Positions 23,941 to 38,922 of a stretch of 64,000 nucleotides of DNA are shown here, piece by piece. The notes under the pieces were generated by a model that was not told the DNA's origin, searched no databases, and saw nothing but the letters and a program-made list of their open reading frames with translations. Position 1 is the stretch's first letter, and each line of letters starts with the position of its first letter. Origin of the DNA: Lama guanicoe. Lineage: Eukaryota. A program made the position numbers and the translations under genes. The stretch spans positions 3,783,802 through 3,847,801 of the forward strand of contig MU054400.1 in the NCBI GenBank assembly GCA_013239625.1. The letters are read 5' to 3'.

Positions 23941-24884
23941 TACATGTATTTCCGTCTTTCTTTTTTTGGTTTAGCTAGACAGTTCTTAAGGGTGTAGAAT
24001 TATCGCAGATTCTCGATAAACAACCTCCTCCTTCTCTCTTCTCTCTTTCGCCAAGCTGCTTGGGATGTTGAAGAATGGTACTAACGCAATGTTCGCTTTA
24101 GGTGCTGAATTTGGAACCCAACTTTACTGTAAGACATGACTGGGCAGCTCAGGGACTTCCGCCTTTTAATTCCGCAAATATTCCTGAGCCCCAGGAACTG
24201 TGTGGCGCTCTTTACCCGGGCATAGGCCGAAGCCAGGTAAACGGAAGGTCCGGGGAAGAGTAAGATGCTGGTGGGACAGAAGTGCAGCAGGGTAGCAGAT
24301 GCGAGGAAAACATCAGGATAGGCGGCTTTTCTCGTAGACGTGCTAGAGGTAACGGGAAAAAAGGAGGGATTCTGTGGAGTGGTGCTGGAGAGGTGGATTC
24401 TTGCTCAGTGTTTCGATGTGGAAAGAACTAATCAGTTAAGTTTTTAAATTTTTAATTTAGTTTTAGACGCTGGGCGGGGCCGGGTGGGGCGAGGCCGGGT
24501 TGGGCAAGGCCATGCGCGGTGTGAAGCTTTTATGGGAGCCCATTTTATCCTTCATCTCCTAGAGCCTATAGGATTGGATAGTTCAAAATTCGTTAAGTAA
24601 TTGTCTTTCTGCTATTGAAATGCAATCGCAATTGGCAGTAAGAGGATGGTTATATTTTCCCTCAAGGCCGCTGTGCACAGAAGAAACTGGGATTAGGCAC
24701 TGGTAGTGAGGTACTGTCACCTGGCTTCATCTTTGAGTAGCTGGGTGATCTGGGACAGGGCATTTTCCTTCTCATGCCCGCCCTCCTACAGATACGAAAT
24801 ATTAAATGAAAAGTACTTGGAAGAGTGCATGACACATGGCAGCACTTCATAAACAGTGCTAATTGTTAGTGGATATTTCAAGAT

Positions 24885-25145
24885 GCCGTTAACTGTGAAA
24901 ATACTCTGTATACATTTGTCCAAACCTATAGAATGTGTCACACCAAGAAGGAACCCTAAGCAATGGACCCTGGGTGATAATGATGTGCTTGTATACGGTC
25001 ATCTGTAACACGTCCCACTCCAGTGCGGGATGTGGATAGCGGTGGAGGTTGGTGCACCACAGCGGACATATGGGAGCTCTACTTTCTGGACAGTTTTGCT
25101 GTGAACCTAAAATTACTCTGAAAAGTAAAGTTTATTAATAAAAAT
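24885..25145 (+). mobile_element. L1M 3' UTR fragment
   Basis: TACATTTGTCCAAACCTATAGAATGT..CACCAAGA...TTTTGCTGTGAACCTAAAATTACTCTGAAAAGTAAAGTTTATT. Confidence 0.7.
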
Positions 25146-27707
25146 GTAAACAAAATGCCATGTATCATTTTTATCAATTACTGAAATGACCTTATACAGT
25201 TGTGTAGCACTTTACAGGTTTCAGAAGAACCCATGAACACAGGACCTCATTGGAGCCTTACAACCTTGAGCCTAGTAGGGCGGGAGAGTTGGCATGGCTG
25301 TTTTATTAATGATGCTTAAACTCAAGCTCTTTGGTAGAGAGCACGTGACACTATTTAAAAAATCTAGTCCTAAATTTTCTGATTCAGGATCTTGTGTATG
25401 TTTAACAGCTTTCTCTTCTCTATTTTATACATGCAATTCAGTCTTTCACTTGTTAGCTGTTTTGCATGAAAGCGCAAAATCACCTAATCTACTTGTCAGT
25501 GGATCAGGCATACCTAATATTATTTGTTAACTGATGCAGATCCCTGAAGTAAATTGGCATGTTAGAAGAGTCTTGATGACAATGTAAAAATACGTATGTT
25601 CCTTTATCTCAGAGCAGCAGCTGTCCCGTGGTGTCAAAATGAGGCGGGCGTGAGCACTGTTGAAGGAGTCTGCAAGTTGTAATCACTTCTAGATTTCCAG
25701 ATAGGTTAAAAGACTACAACTGGGAAACCTTCACCATTGCACTTCAGCGTTTCAGGGTTCTAGACATTTAAAAAGAGGGTTTTCCTAGTAAGGCCGTGCT
25801 TGATCCTTACAGTGGAAGGGCAGGTATGATTTCCACCTTACGGGCAAGGAAAATGAACTGCCAAGAGGTTAGAGGGATTTGCTACCCTCTCAGCTGAAGA
25901 ACAGCAGTCAGTGCCAGACCTAGAATTAATTAAGTCTAGAATTCTACTCAGTGAAAAGTGTGCAAAATTCTTTACTACTACTGTCCAAACAAGCTTGCTT
26001 TCAAAGAAAAATGTACTGAGCACATCTTTGCAGCTTTATGGAGGTTTGTTAAATTGCTTTTCAATAATTTTTTGTAACACTGTGAACCCTAGTGACCTAT
26101 CTACCCAGTGCTTTTTCCCATTAGGGAGAGTTTTTTTTTTTTTTAACAAAACAAATGATGAAACACATTTCAAAATGAAAAATAAACTGAAGTTATCTCA
26201 ACATTTAAGTAACATCTCTAAGTGTGCACATTCCTGCTACTGTACACACTGAGCAGGAGATTAAAAAGTGTAGATTGGGAGTATAAAAAATGGATTTCAT
26301 GTTTCTGTTTCTTCCTGAGAGAAAGAGGAAGGGAGAACTCTGGTAGTGGGGCATTTCTGGAGCTTGTTAAAACAGGCCAGCTGCATGTGAAAGATAGCCA
26401 CGCCCTGGGAACTGGGCTCAGCAGGGAGCAGATGTACCTGTCCCCTATCTGGGGTGCTGAGAAGGGGCGGTGACCAGCACCCAAGTAAAGGGATCGAGGA
26501 ACCAAGGACAGTCCATGTTTCAGGTCTGCTGGCAAACACGGGTCACTGTCCCACTGATCCAGTGTGAGGAAGTGAAAATCAAACAAAAAGCTATCAAATA
26601 CATTGGGCAGAATCTACTGTAGGAATCAGAATAAAATGTAGGAGACCTTCGACATCCTTAAAAGGACATAAGAAAACACAGTTTCTATGAAAAGGAAGAA
26701 AATAAGAGCAAACTAAAAGAATGAGAGGAAAAGGAAGGTGGTGGGTGAGGTTAAGTTCAAGAAAATTAGAAGTGCAATGACAAGATTCATGTTAGAAACA
26801 GCAAAACAGCAGAATGACACTAAAAAGTCCAACCAGTCACGGGAAGACTACACTTGACAAGTTTTCCTAACAGGAAGGAAAGAAATGATAGAGGAATTTG
26901 AGAAAAGACAAAAGTATTTTTGAGAAACAGAATTATGACTATATTTTCGCAAATTAAAAAAAAATTGGGTGGTGAGAGATTCACTTTTGTTTCAGATGAA
27001 AGTCACTGGTATAAAAGTTATAGGGAGAAATACATACAGAAGCATCCAAGCAGAAAAATAAAACCTAGAAGGGAACAAAAAGTCAGGCTGGCCTCAGTCT
27101 TCTGCTATGCCAGAAGTCAACAGAATGGCATCAACAGGTTTTTTTAAGAAAGTGTGACAAGAATTTCTATGTCTCATCAAGGTGACTTTCATGCATGAGG
27201 GCAAGAGAGGAAATCAGAAGAGGTGCAGCTGAGGAAAGTCACGTAGTTTCAGCACCAGGTGCCTAATTCACTTGTTTGTTCACGAGTTTGTGTTCATTCA
27301 GAACTGAGTAAGGAATGATCGCTCATTCTTTTACTATAACTTCTTGATTCTAAAGTTAATTTTGATACCATTCTTTAGCTGGAAAATGTCTTCAAGTAAT
27401 TTGTTTAAAAGAAGGGCACACAAGGTGTGTTAGTGTCTGAGCTCCCTCGTATCCGGGAACGCGTGCCCAGCAAGCACCCCCTGCAGCCCTCTATCTGTTC
27501 ACCCCTGTGCCTCTTATCTGCACATTCCCAGTGCTCAGCACACATCGGGTGTCAATGAACACCAGGTCTCTTCAGCACAAGTCAAGGGAGCACGGGATAA
27601 AGAGGAGCAGATCTGTACTGCCCTTCATCCTTGCCCTCCTTTCCTCATGAAACTTAGGACCCTCACTGGAAAGTAATGTGGATAAAATTAAAGGTCGAAA
27701 TTTTGAT

Positions 27708-27713
27708 TTTATT
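27708..27713 (-). terminator. TUT7: Probable polyadenylation signal (AATAAA) of TUT7; 3' UTR ~0.93 kb
   Basis: TTTATT on the plus strand at the distal end of the AU-rich stretch following the stop codon. Confidence 0.6.
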
Positions 27714-28628
27714 TCAGTATGATAAATAAACCGAGGCATAGTTCTGACCATGTACTACTTCTGAAGGGCTTGTGAAGTTAGAGAAACATTTCCATGAGGG
27801 CTCCAGTCGGACCAAAATGACACCAATCAAACTCATGATTGGCAGAGATTGCCTCTTTAATCTTCAGGGATTTTTAAAAGTTCTCCACCCTAATTTCTGA
27901 ATATCATAAAAAGTAAAAAGTACTTTTGTCATTTTTTTGTCTGAAAATGTTTTTAGCAGCAAACAGGACTCTTGTTTTCCTTACTTCATTTTGATGAGCA
28001 TAGTAGTTATATGTTAACTTATTTAAGATTAGAGACGGGGGGAAAAAAAGCCCCCCAGTGGCACTGCTCATCCACGGAAGGCTCACATAAATAGGTACTC
28101 ACGTTCACGTTACCACTTCTACAAATATCAATAAAATAAGGTTGTAAATCGTAAATACAGTAGTAGCAGTTCACACATATTTGACACGCTTTCACACAAG
28201 GATTCAGTCAACAACAATAAATATAATTTCCCCTCTTCAAAGAAAAAATTTATAAAGGAAAAAAGGATTAATTTACTTGGAGTTTATCAGCACACCATTT
28301 TTAGTGTGCTTTGAGATTATTAAAAACCATGAAATTGTATTCACTGAATACTGGCCCATAGTTACATTTTTTTTAACCTGTCTTCTTAAATACATACATC
28401 ATGGCTTTCTATTAAAATCCTTAAATCTATAGGGATTTGTAGTAGGTAGGACTATATTAAAATTTTTTTCCTCATTAACAATTTCATTAAGTTAAAAAAA
28501 ATCTGACATTTCCCTTAAATGTTAAGTTGAAGCCTGATCTATGCTGCTGTGTCCTGTGAAATGAACCTAATTTTCAAAGTGAGTAGGAACGCCTGAGTGG
28601 CCATTTAGAGTGCGGCATTTTCCTTCCC

Positions 28629-28696
28629 TCATGATTCCTGCTGGGTCCTCTTCGCTGAGGCTTTTCCCTGAGTCATATATTTACTGGAAAGGCTAC
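28629..28696 (-). CDS. TUT7: TUT7 last coding exon (G)SLSSKYMTQGKASAKRTQQES*
   Basis: Recognised TUT7/ZCCHC6 C-terminus. ttcccctcctctag acceptor; phase 1 matches the exon ending at 41506. Confidence 0.95.
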
Positions 28697-29259
28697 CTAG
28701 AGGAGGGGAAAAAACAAAACCCAACATAAATGAAACCATAAAAGCCATAAAATTACTTCTTACTGTTAATTATTCATTCACAGTAACTTTTCATACTGGG
28801 GTCACTTGTTTTGAATCAAGTAATTTGGCTAAATATTAAAAAGTATATATAAAACATTATCTATTAAACACAAGCCTTGTCACAGTCTTTCTAAATGCAG
28901 ACAAGTTGCTACAGTGACATCATTTTGATACATTTGCATGCTCACTATTTACTGGTACAGAAGGCCAGATGAATTTTTAAAGGCTCTGCTTTGCATTTGC
29001 AACCAAATCGAATACACTGAAGCTGTGAATGTGGACATCATAGCCACAACTTACTGACTTAAAAAAAAAAAAGGAAATTTGTTAGAATGACAGGTGAAGG
29101 ACAGAAATGAAAATTGCTAATTAAAGCCACATGACAGAAGATTTAATAAATTTTGTTCCGGAATCTAAACAAATAGATCAATAAAACAAGAAAATTGAGA
29201 AATTCCTATGTGATTATGTATAAGAAAGTAGTTATATAACAAAGGTTACACACACACTG

Positions 29260-32200
29260 ATTATATACATGTCAAACCAGTGGGGGGAAGTATGGATTGT
29301 TCATTAACTGATACCATGTCAAATAAGTAATTTTGGAAAGGGAAGTGTCAGGTAGGTTTCCTTCCTTATATCGTACCCTTCGTCCCCACCTAATTCCAAA
29401 TGAATTACAGAATTAAATATAAGAGAGTCAAAGTATAAGAAGTAGTGAATATTTATATAATCTTGGGGTGGGAGTTTCCGAAGTATACCATATTATGCTT
29501 TATTTATGAAAAGGGCTTGCTATGCTTAGTACTGAAGTTACAAATCAACAGAGAAAAGATGAACATCAATAGATAGCTGGGGAAAGAAAAAGCAATATAT
29601 GAGAACAGAAGAAAACAGCACATGATTATATAAAAATATTCAATATTAATGGGTAATCAGAGAAATGGAAAGTGAAGTAAAATACTAATTTCTGATCACT
29701 AAATTATCTGAAAGAAGATCAGAAGGACAGGGAGGTGGGCAGAAATTTTGCTAGAGGAGTATTCATAGAAATCTTATAATGATTTAAGTATGCAAACAAT
29801 TCAAATGTCTAGAATTTGTGATATGACTAAGTATATTATGAATACAATAGGATACTAATAGCATGCAGAGAAGGATAATTAGTGATATGAAAAAAGCAGG
29901 TTATACAACCACATGAATAGTATTTTCATAAGAACTAGAAATTAAAAAGAAACACTCTTGAAAAAGTCCACCAATCAGATATTTGGTGCCTCACTTCCCT
30001 TATCTGTAAAATGAAGGCAATAATACCTATCCCCTTGGAGCTACTGTGAAGATTAAACGAATTAATACACGTAAAGCAGCTGAACAGTACCTGGCACATA
30101 GAAGGTGCTCAACAAATGCTATTATCATTATACTGATGTAACAAGGTGGGAAGACTTTACCTCTAAAACCTAAACAGTAGCTAATGCTCTAGAATGAAAC
30201 AAGTATAAATGGCTTTTATTTTCATTTTGCTTAATTATGCTTTCTAAAGCATAAACATGTTGATTACACACATATAAACTGATGCCCCCCAAAAGCAAAC
30301 TTTTCAGAGTAGGGCATCTAGACAGTCAATGCACAGAGGAAAATGAGGGGTACCAGTCAGGAAGGCTCAAAGCACTCGACTATAGTATACAAACCCTATA
30401 TATACCATACAGTGTCTACTAGTCAAAAATACACAGCTCTGACATTCTGACTGTACAAAGTATTGAGGACAGGCTTTTCACTCGAGGGACAAAGTGCCTT
30501 ATACTTTACACACAATCCAGGTAGATTAAAGATCTAAATAGGAACATATAGTTTTAAAGCTATTAGAAGAAAATACAATGGGTATCCTTCTAACCTCAGG
30601 TTAGGGAAGAATTTCTTAAAGATAACCTTAAAATCATGAACCACATGACAGTGAAAAACAACCATAGAAAGCCAATCATTTGATTACCTCAAAATTAAAA
30701 ACTGAAGTGGAATTAAGTATAAGGTGAAAGACAAGATATACTGGAGGAAGACATTTGGAATGTACATAAAAGTAATGGAGCAGTATTCAGAATTAATGAA
30801 GAACCTTTATAATTAACAAGGAAATGAGAATGCAATAGGAAAATGGGCAAATGATTTGAACAGACAATTCATATAAGAGGAACTCCAACTGCCCAGTAAA
30901 CATACAAAAAGGTGCTTAGCATCACCAGAGTCAAAAAAATCCATTAGAACAACACCAAAGTATTGTTCACTCATCAGATTTTTCACTCATCAGATTCACT
31001 GCTGATGGGAGTGGCAACTGTTTCAACCAATAAGAGGGTAATTTGACAGTATCTAACTAAATTGAAAATGCACCTATACACATAAGAAAATGTGCCATGA
31101 CCTAAAACAATTTGACTTCAAACCCTACAGAATCTCTCATAAATGCTCAGTGAGACTCACACAAGAATATTCACTATAACACTGTCTATAACAATAAAAA
31201 AATCAGATGCAATCTAAATGCTCATGTAGTAGGTAATGGCTATATAAAATATTCTGTACTCATGATGGAATACTGTTAAAAAAAAGACTACATCAATACA
31301 CAACATATATAAATTTCAAAATCATTTCATTAAATAGATATGAAAAAGCAGGTTGTAGAATATTCTTATTATACAGTGTTATATGTCATTTAAATTTAAA
31401 AATTCACTAAGAACATATGTTAAAGGATGCATATGTAAGGGCTCACAAAAGAATGGGAAAGGAACCTGAACTCGTAATAATGGATCCTCTAGGATGGAAG
31501 GGGACATGATGGACAGAATGGGCCTGGGGATGGTAGTCAAAGAGGACTTCCACCATCTTTTAAAAAAAAGATTGAAAAAATACAAAAAAAAAATAAAGTC
31601 AATTATCTACTAGATGGATAGCTGTTATGTTATTTGTAACTTTTTATATTTTTCCCAAAATGTTAAGAAATTTTTCTAAGACTTTGTCTTCTTACTATAT
31701 TACTTAAACATGTAATCTATATATAAAGATAAATCTCCTCATACCCAAAGAAACTTCATATAAAAAAATGCACATCTGAAAAAATAAAACTACTAGGAAT
31801 AAAATATGAATGAACTTGTATGTAATCTGGTGGAAGAGCACGAAATTCATAAAACTGTGTAAGTATGACTTGAAACTACCCTAAAGTTGTCTAGATAAGC
31901 TACTAAAACAAACAAATGTATGTCTGGCAAAACAAATCACAAATGAGGCTGAAAGAATAATGAACTGGTCATGGTGGTGAAGGATACTGTCACATATTTG
32001 TCAAAGTATGAATGAATTTCTAAGCAGAACTAAAGACAAAAATGAATAATAAAATATAGAGACACAACATGAAGAAATACACATAAAAACATGTGGAAAA
32101 TGTTAAAAGTTCAATGGTAATAATAGAAACTCAAGCAGACTGGCAAAAAAGACTATCCCAACAAAGTGAGAGTATGGGAAAGGTTGTGAATGACTCTGTG

Positions 32201-32350
32201 AGGCTGTCAACAATCACAATTTGGCATTACTGGTAGCACTGTCATAATGTGTATACTTTTAAACTTACTTTTCTCCTAAGTGGGAATTTATCCTGAGGAA
32301 ATAACTAGACAAATACGCAAATATACATTATAGTGTTTTATATAAACAGT
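29260..32350 (+). mobile_element. Cluster of old L1M (L1ME-like) ORF2/3' UTR fragments with a nested MIR
   Basis: A-rich degenerate L1 motifs, e.g. GATTAAAGATCTAAAT..TATTAGAAGAAAATA..GGGAAGAATTTCTTAAA and AAAATGGGCAAATGATTTGAACAGACAATTCA. Confidence 0.7.
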
Positions 32351-35300
32351 AGTCTTCCAACTTGGGTACATGCACTCCTGCACTGACTTAACAGAACAAA
32401 TGGGTTAGGAGTTTTAAGAGACCCAGCCACAGCGCCTCAATTTCTATCTGAATTCTTTCTGAGATTGCCTTTGTGGTCCAGGCTTTGGGCTGGTTCTCAG
32501 GAACCATACCAGTTTTCCTCTCCCCTTTCACTAAAGAGACGCATAGCTCCTAACCACCCACATGTTAATGTGGTACGTTACTCTGGGGTAAAAAAGCCTT
32601 GGGAGCAGGGAGGCAAACAAAATGCTGGAATCTATGGGAAACGTGAATGCCTCTAATAAAACCTCACAATTTTAGCTTTCATAAAATTACACTGATAGTT
32701 GATGACCATCACAAATAATTTCTGATGATGCAATAATTACTATGTGATTTTTGGACACTTAATTTAAAAGGAAAGAAAATAACTGAGTGGCATTGTAGTA
32801 AGACATCTTCCATTCCCAGACTCTTAAAGGTATTTCTATGATTTTTAATTTGCTAACCATAAAGACTACTGAGGTTTCTCAATGTTTACCAGCTATAAAA
32901 ACAGAAAGATTGGGAACAGAAATAATTCATTGTTTCATTCCTGCAATAAGTAGTAATGATCCAAAGATACATGAATGCATGGGGAAAAAAAATCCCATCT
33001 AAGTAAATGACAGTCATTTTCAGTAAGTAAACATAAAAAGTAATTTTTAATCAAAATTTGTAACATTTGTTTTGGTCAATTATATTATTCTGATAACTAT
33101 AAAAACAATTTAGAAGAAATGTTTACACTTTAAGGTTTAATAAAAGCTTAAAAATCCAATTTATATAAATACTTTTGTTGCAGATACGTAGGATAGGCTG
33201 ATCGATAAAATGCTTGAAATACATATGATAAAAATATATCATCTTGAGATAAAAGTCCACAGAAGTGAAACAAAGGAATTCAAGGACAGAAAACATGATA
33301 TAAAATTTCTGCAATGATATATTTCACTTGATACATTTAAGGCTGATTTAAAATCTTTGTTTTTCAAAATGCCAATATTTACAAAAAACCTCCAAAAATT
33401 ACATGCTTTGCAACTATGATGAAAAAGTGAGATATCTACCTAGAAATACATGAGAAGATATATGGGCGGTTCAACATCTTGGTGGAGAGTGTGAAAGCAA
33501 AAAAGTTTTGAAGACATTGATACAACAAGTATTTGAAAAGAGCTAGTCTATTAACAAGGAATGGCTAAATAAATAGTGTATATTCGTGTACTGGAATATC
33601 AAGAAGGGTATGAAAATGAATGATCTCTATGGACTGACAACAGATAATAAGATAGAGAATAAGATCTCCTCATATGATTTTTAAAAAGCACTTCTATTAT
33701 TTTTAATTTACCATAATAAAGACCATTGTGGTTTTGCTTTTATAAGTAGGCTTGAACATTTTGGTCAAGGAAAAAAGTTGTGTAAGTATTCATCATCATG
33801 ACGGAGAAAAGATATCTACCAATCTCTTACAGCATCTCCAGTTTTTAAGATTTCAAACCATGGGATTAAAATGGAATAGATGAAGAAATAGAGGTAGTTT
33901 CTTTGGAAAAGTGATTTTCTTTGAAAAAACAGGGGAAGATTAAGAGATAGAAACTGTTAGTTGGACATTTCTCATACTGAATGGTTTGTGACTATGGTTT
34001 GCCAATCTCCACATACTCTTGTTTTGTTAAAAATTTCCCTTACGTATTTGTCCTAGAAGTTAGAAGAGACAATTACAGCAAGGTTGGAGACTTTCTGTTA
34101 ACTGCAGTATTAAGGGCAGTAATAATTTATTGAGCGACATATGTGCCAGATGCCGTGTTAAGGGCTTTACATATATGAAATTAATCCTTAATTGGCCTGT
34201 GAGATATTAGCCCCAATTTATCAATGAGGAAACTGAGGCACTGAGAGGTTCGATTACTTGACAGAGTTAATACAGCTAGTAAGTGACTGGGCTGGATTTC
34301 AAACTCCAGCAAGTCCTACTTTAAAGCATATTCTTACCATTCTCCCTCTTAGGCTTCTTTATTCCTTCCACATGGGTATCCCTAATCAATAAAACTTACT
34401 GCACACCTAAGGCACTGCTGTAGCTGTGTGTGTGCAGGGGAGGGAGGTAACAACGAAGACCAAGGAAATTCATGAGATTCTCTATCTGCCACTGTCTCAG
34501 CTGAGAGTTAAGAATTATAGTAGTCCTTAACTATAGCCTCGTGGGTAGGAATGGAGGTAGGTATCAGGGGAGGAACGAGAACTTGGTTGACTGCATACTA
34601 CCGACCGGGTGCTTTCATCTCAGCACCCGATGAGATAGATGGGGTTATTGCTAGTTTTATGGATAAGACACCTGGAGCTCAGAGGAGCTAATCTCTTTTA
34701 AGGTCAGTGTAGCTAATGAGTGAGAGCAGGGGCTGTCCATACCAGCAGGCTCTGGTTAGGGCACCACTCGTGTGCCATAGACACGTTGGTACTGTGGAAA
34801 GGAAGAGCTTTGCGGAAACTTAATTCTACATACAGTTGAGACATATTTCACATTTATAACAACACAGATAATTTGTATAAATTTACCATGGATAGATTTT
34901 AACAATATTAACAGTTGTCATATATTTACTTGGAGAGTTTAATTTATTGGAAAGGATAAATTTTAACCACCTATAAATGGTTTTTTCCTGGTATAAAGTA
35001 AACATATAAATATGTAATAAATTGTAATAACATTTTTTTCTGTAGTAAATTTAAGTTTCAAGTTTTTACAGTTCCTCAAAAGATTTATAAATATGTAAGC
35101 CTTTTGCTCAGAAGATAATTTATTGAAATGCTAACTTAATGTCAATTGGTAATGCCATTTCTAGGCATATGTCTAACATCTGTATTTCTCCCCTACTTAA
35201 AAAAATTACAAAATCATAATAAAATGTTACTTTTAAGACGTGTAAAACCTTTAGCAGAGGCAATGCTGACGGATGCCCTGCAGGAATACCATCGCCATCA

Positions 35301-37099
35301 CCACCCCCACCAACTTCTGCTCTGGCTACGCGCAGGTACTGTTCCAAGTGCTTTTACACGGATTTCTCAACAGCCCTTGTAACAGATTATCCCCTTGTAA
35401 CAGATGAGGAAACTGAAGCAAGTAGAGGATAAGATCACAAAGTTAGAAATCACACCATGCAATCTTGACGGCAAAACCAATATTCATAAACACCTTATCC
35501 TTGGCAAAACAAACATCTCAACTAAGCAAAGATCAGTATTTTCTTATGTAAAATGTTCTGGAAATACCTGTTCAAGGATGAAGCTTGTAAAAACAAGCTT
35601 TTGGCTTGCTTACATCTGGTAGCTAAGTGACCCTCAAGCTCTCAGAGGATCTATGGGAAACAATCCTACAAACTGTGGTGGACTCTGTTTCCCATACACT
35701 TTCATCTGCTGAAGTCACTTCCAGAGGTGGCTTGTCAGTCTCCTCATCCATCTTTCATGGCTGCTCCTGCTGTCAATCAAATTCTCTCACAATAGGCCCT
35801 GTCCTCATTTCACTCTATTTCATTTTGATGGTTTTCCTTGTGGAACTTTTCCTGTTTTTTAAGTCCATGCATTCCACTGAGAACTACAAAACCTTCCCAG
35901 GAAAGAGATGCTCTCGCGTGTTCTTACAGAGTCTCCTGCATCTTTACCTTTCATGGACACCATATTCCCCTTTTGGTTAAGGGTAGCAATTCTCTGAAGA
36001 TTTCTGCTCTCTGGGTCATTCTGCCTCGCTATCATACCAATCTCAACATTCACGCTTTTAAAATTTTGATTGTAAAGAGATCTGATGCCACTTCAAATGC
36101 TTCCCCCAACCATTTAGAAAAACCCAACTGTAAAATTCACTTACCATAAAAATGCCTATTTCTATGTAGATCACTTTTTATACTGGAGTTAATTCATTTT
36201 GGTACTGACAGAATCGGAAGTATTTAAACAATTTAATAATTTCATTTTTCCCCCTTGTTAACAACATTTAAAGTAGAGACAACCAAACACTTTGCCTGGC
36301 ACTTTCTTAGCTTTTCCAGGGTGAGATCACTGCGCCCTGGCTTCCTGCAGCCTGGGCTGCAGAAAGCAGGGAAGAGCTCCCCCTACTGTGGGGCCCTGGG
36401 AGCGCTCTCTCAGTAACCGAAAACTGATGGTAGAGACAGCTTAGCCTCTTCACACTCTGCAGCTAACACAGGTACCTCTCAATCTAAAAGCAAATACTGA
36501 TTGCACATTAGCAGTAAGACACAATGTGAAAAGGCTGAGCATAAAATATGTGGCTTGTTTTACATTATATACAAAAAATGTCAGGTTATATCAATGAAGT
36601 TTTAAAATGTCAAAAACTTTCCTCATCGACTATACAATCAAATTAAAGAGTACACTTGCTCTATTTGATTATATAATTTCCCTCCTTTAACCCTACTTTA
36701 CTGAACAAGATAGGACAAGATATGAGACAGACAGACAGAGAGAGACATACTAAACAAGGTTACTAAAGGTGTCTACAGGCCAGAACTCAGATGTTTGCAT
36801 CATGTTTTATAGTTTCATCCCTTACTAAAAGAAAAAAGCTGAAAAAGTGATTCAGTATAGGTTAGTTACTTTGATTTCTCTATTCCCCTTCAAAGTTCTG
36901 CCTTCTCTTTCAGGACTCAAAACACTCTCAAAACACCTAAGAAAGGCTTCACAGCCTCCCATCTCCCCCTCCCTTTCAGCAGCACCCTTCCTTGGGCCTG
37001 GGGACTGGGTGGGGATGGGGGTCCTGGCACTGCGCACCCACAGCTGAGATGAGGTAGCCTGCAATCCTTCCAGCACTTCTCAGCACAACTCCCTACAGT

Positions 37100-38445
37100 C
37101 GGGTTTTTTCTGCCCTCTACTCCAAAGAAACGGCTCTTTTAAAGTCACAGTGAGTGACTTCTGTGTTGCCAAATAAAATGCTGAATTCTCAGTCCACCCT
37201 GCACAGACCTATGAGCAGCAATTCGCATAAACAGTCAAAGTGAACTCCCCTTCTCTGGGGCACTTTCTCCACTTGGACTCCAGGACCCAACTCACTGCTT
37301 CTTCTCCCCCAGAAACCATTTCTCCTCTGTCTCTTTTATTTTGCCTGAGTCTTCACATGCATTTCTCTTTTCTGTCTGCATGTACTTCCTAGGCGACCCC
37401 ACTCAGAGTCGGGGCTTCACTACCACCTACCTCACGCTGATCACAAGCAAATTTGTATCTGCAGCCTGGACTTCTGCTCTAAACGCCAGGCTCCTAGATC
37501 CACTTGGCTACTCAACATCTCTACCCCATTATCTAGCAGGTCTGTTAAAACTTTCTTTTCTAAAACTGAACTCTATTTCTCCCCATAATCTGTACTTCCT
37601 GACCGTTTCCCAGCACAAGAAATTCAAACTCCATTCTTCTTGTTGCTCAGATCAAAAATTGCAGTGTCAGCTCTGATTTTCAAAATCTTATGATTTTCTG
37701 TCATGCTTTATTGTCCAACCCATCAACAGATCATGTTGGTGCTATCTTCAAAGTCTCCAGAACATGACCAGTCCTTACTTCCTCCACTGCTCCCACCCAA
37801 GTCTAAGCTGTCCTCACCTCTCCCCTGAACAGCAGCAGGAGCCTCCTCACTGGTTTGAATTTTCACCCTTGCCTCCTCACAGCAGCTGTAGTGAACCTTT
37901 TAAACAATTCAGACAATACCACTGCTTTGCTCAAAACCCTCCAACAGCTGTCCATCTCATGGAGAGGAAAAACCCATCCCGACCGCTGCTGAAGGAGCCA
38001 CGTGACCCAGCTAGGTGTACACTGACCTTACCTCTGACCACCCTCTCCACCCCCGTCCCACTTAATGTCACCCACCTAGGACAAAACTATTTTCAGCTCT
38101 GCTGTAACAGTCTAACTCCAATTTCTTCTTTACTTGCCCCTTCCTTTCATTTGATTCTTTACTTTTTAAACGTTACTTTATCAGACAGGCCACCTCCCTA
38201 CCCATTCTCTTTCCCTTTTCCTGCTGTACATTTCTTATTTCTTAGCACCTGTCGCCTCATGAAATATTTCTGTCTCTCTTCTGACACGAATGTAGAGTAA
38301 AAGAGAGAAGGGGCTTTGCTGGTTCACTGCTGTATGCTGTATCTTCAGTGTTTAGGTCCACACTCTGCACTTGGAGGAGGCTGGGAGTGGGGAGTGGAGG
38401 ACGTGTGGCTTAATAACTATCTGCTGAAGGAATGAATAAATGATG
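37100..38445 (+). mobile_element. L2 LINE fragment
   Basis: Pyrimidine-rich L2 body ending in AATAACTATCTGCTGAAGGAATGAATAAATGA, a typical L2 3' tail. Confidence 0.75.
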
Positions 38446-38858
38446 TAGCTGAGAGAGAGAGTTCAGTCCAATGATTCTTTTCTTTCTTTACTCTGGCGCA
38501 TGGCAAATAACCTTCATGAGGAGAATATACTGCTAACAAGACAGTGGCAATTTCAAAGCAGAAACAAAAAGTGTAGAAGAAAAACAAATAACTGAAGACT
38601 ATGGTTCCTACTCAAGGATGGTATAAGAGTCACCTAGGACACTTAAAAAATACACAGGCCCAAGCCGAACCCCTGAAAAATCTGATTTAGGAAATGAGGG
38701 TGGGGGCAGGGCAGCTGTATTTTTAAAATTTCCCCCAAGTGATTCTGATGTCCAACCCCTGTTAAAACCACTTATTCAAAGGAAGCACCTCAAAAGGCAT
38801 GTGGTAAACTATGCAGTAAATAAAATAACACACATTTTTTTTTTTTAAACCCACATAC

Positions 38859-38922
38859 CTGACTGGGGACTCAAAAATATAGATGTTTTTTGTTTCTTTT
38901 GGTCTTCATGTAAATGCACTGC
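38859..38922 (-). CDS. TUT7: Candidate TUT7 cassette exon B AVHLHEDQKKQKTSIFLSPQS(G)
   Basis: ctatttcattttttag acceptor, CAG|gtatgt donor, 64 nt, phase 0 to 1, open reading frame. Confidence 0.65.

Noticed and set aside
22785..23978. Several 100-176 aa ORFs on both strands
   Set aside because: Stop-poor GC-rich CpG island. Only the 27-codon ISCA1 exon 1 is supported.
27714..28628. let-7 seed site in the TUT7 3' UTR (feedback loop idea)
   Set aside because: I found only CTACCTA near 28443-28449, not the TACCTC seed match.
30966..31000. Tandem duplication of TTCACTCATCAGATT
   Set aside because: A two-copy local duplication inside old L1 sequence, not an array.
36144..36205. Perfect ATG|gtaagt donor in the last TUT7 intron
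   Set aside because: Acceptors are weak and the best one gives an immediate stop. No further support.
37764..38300. 178-aa plus-strand ORF
   Set aside because: Lies within the degenerate L2 fragment and has low-complexity composition.
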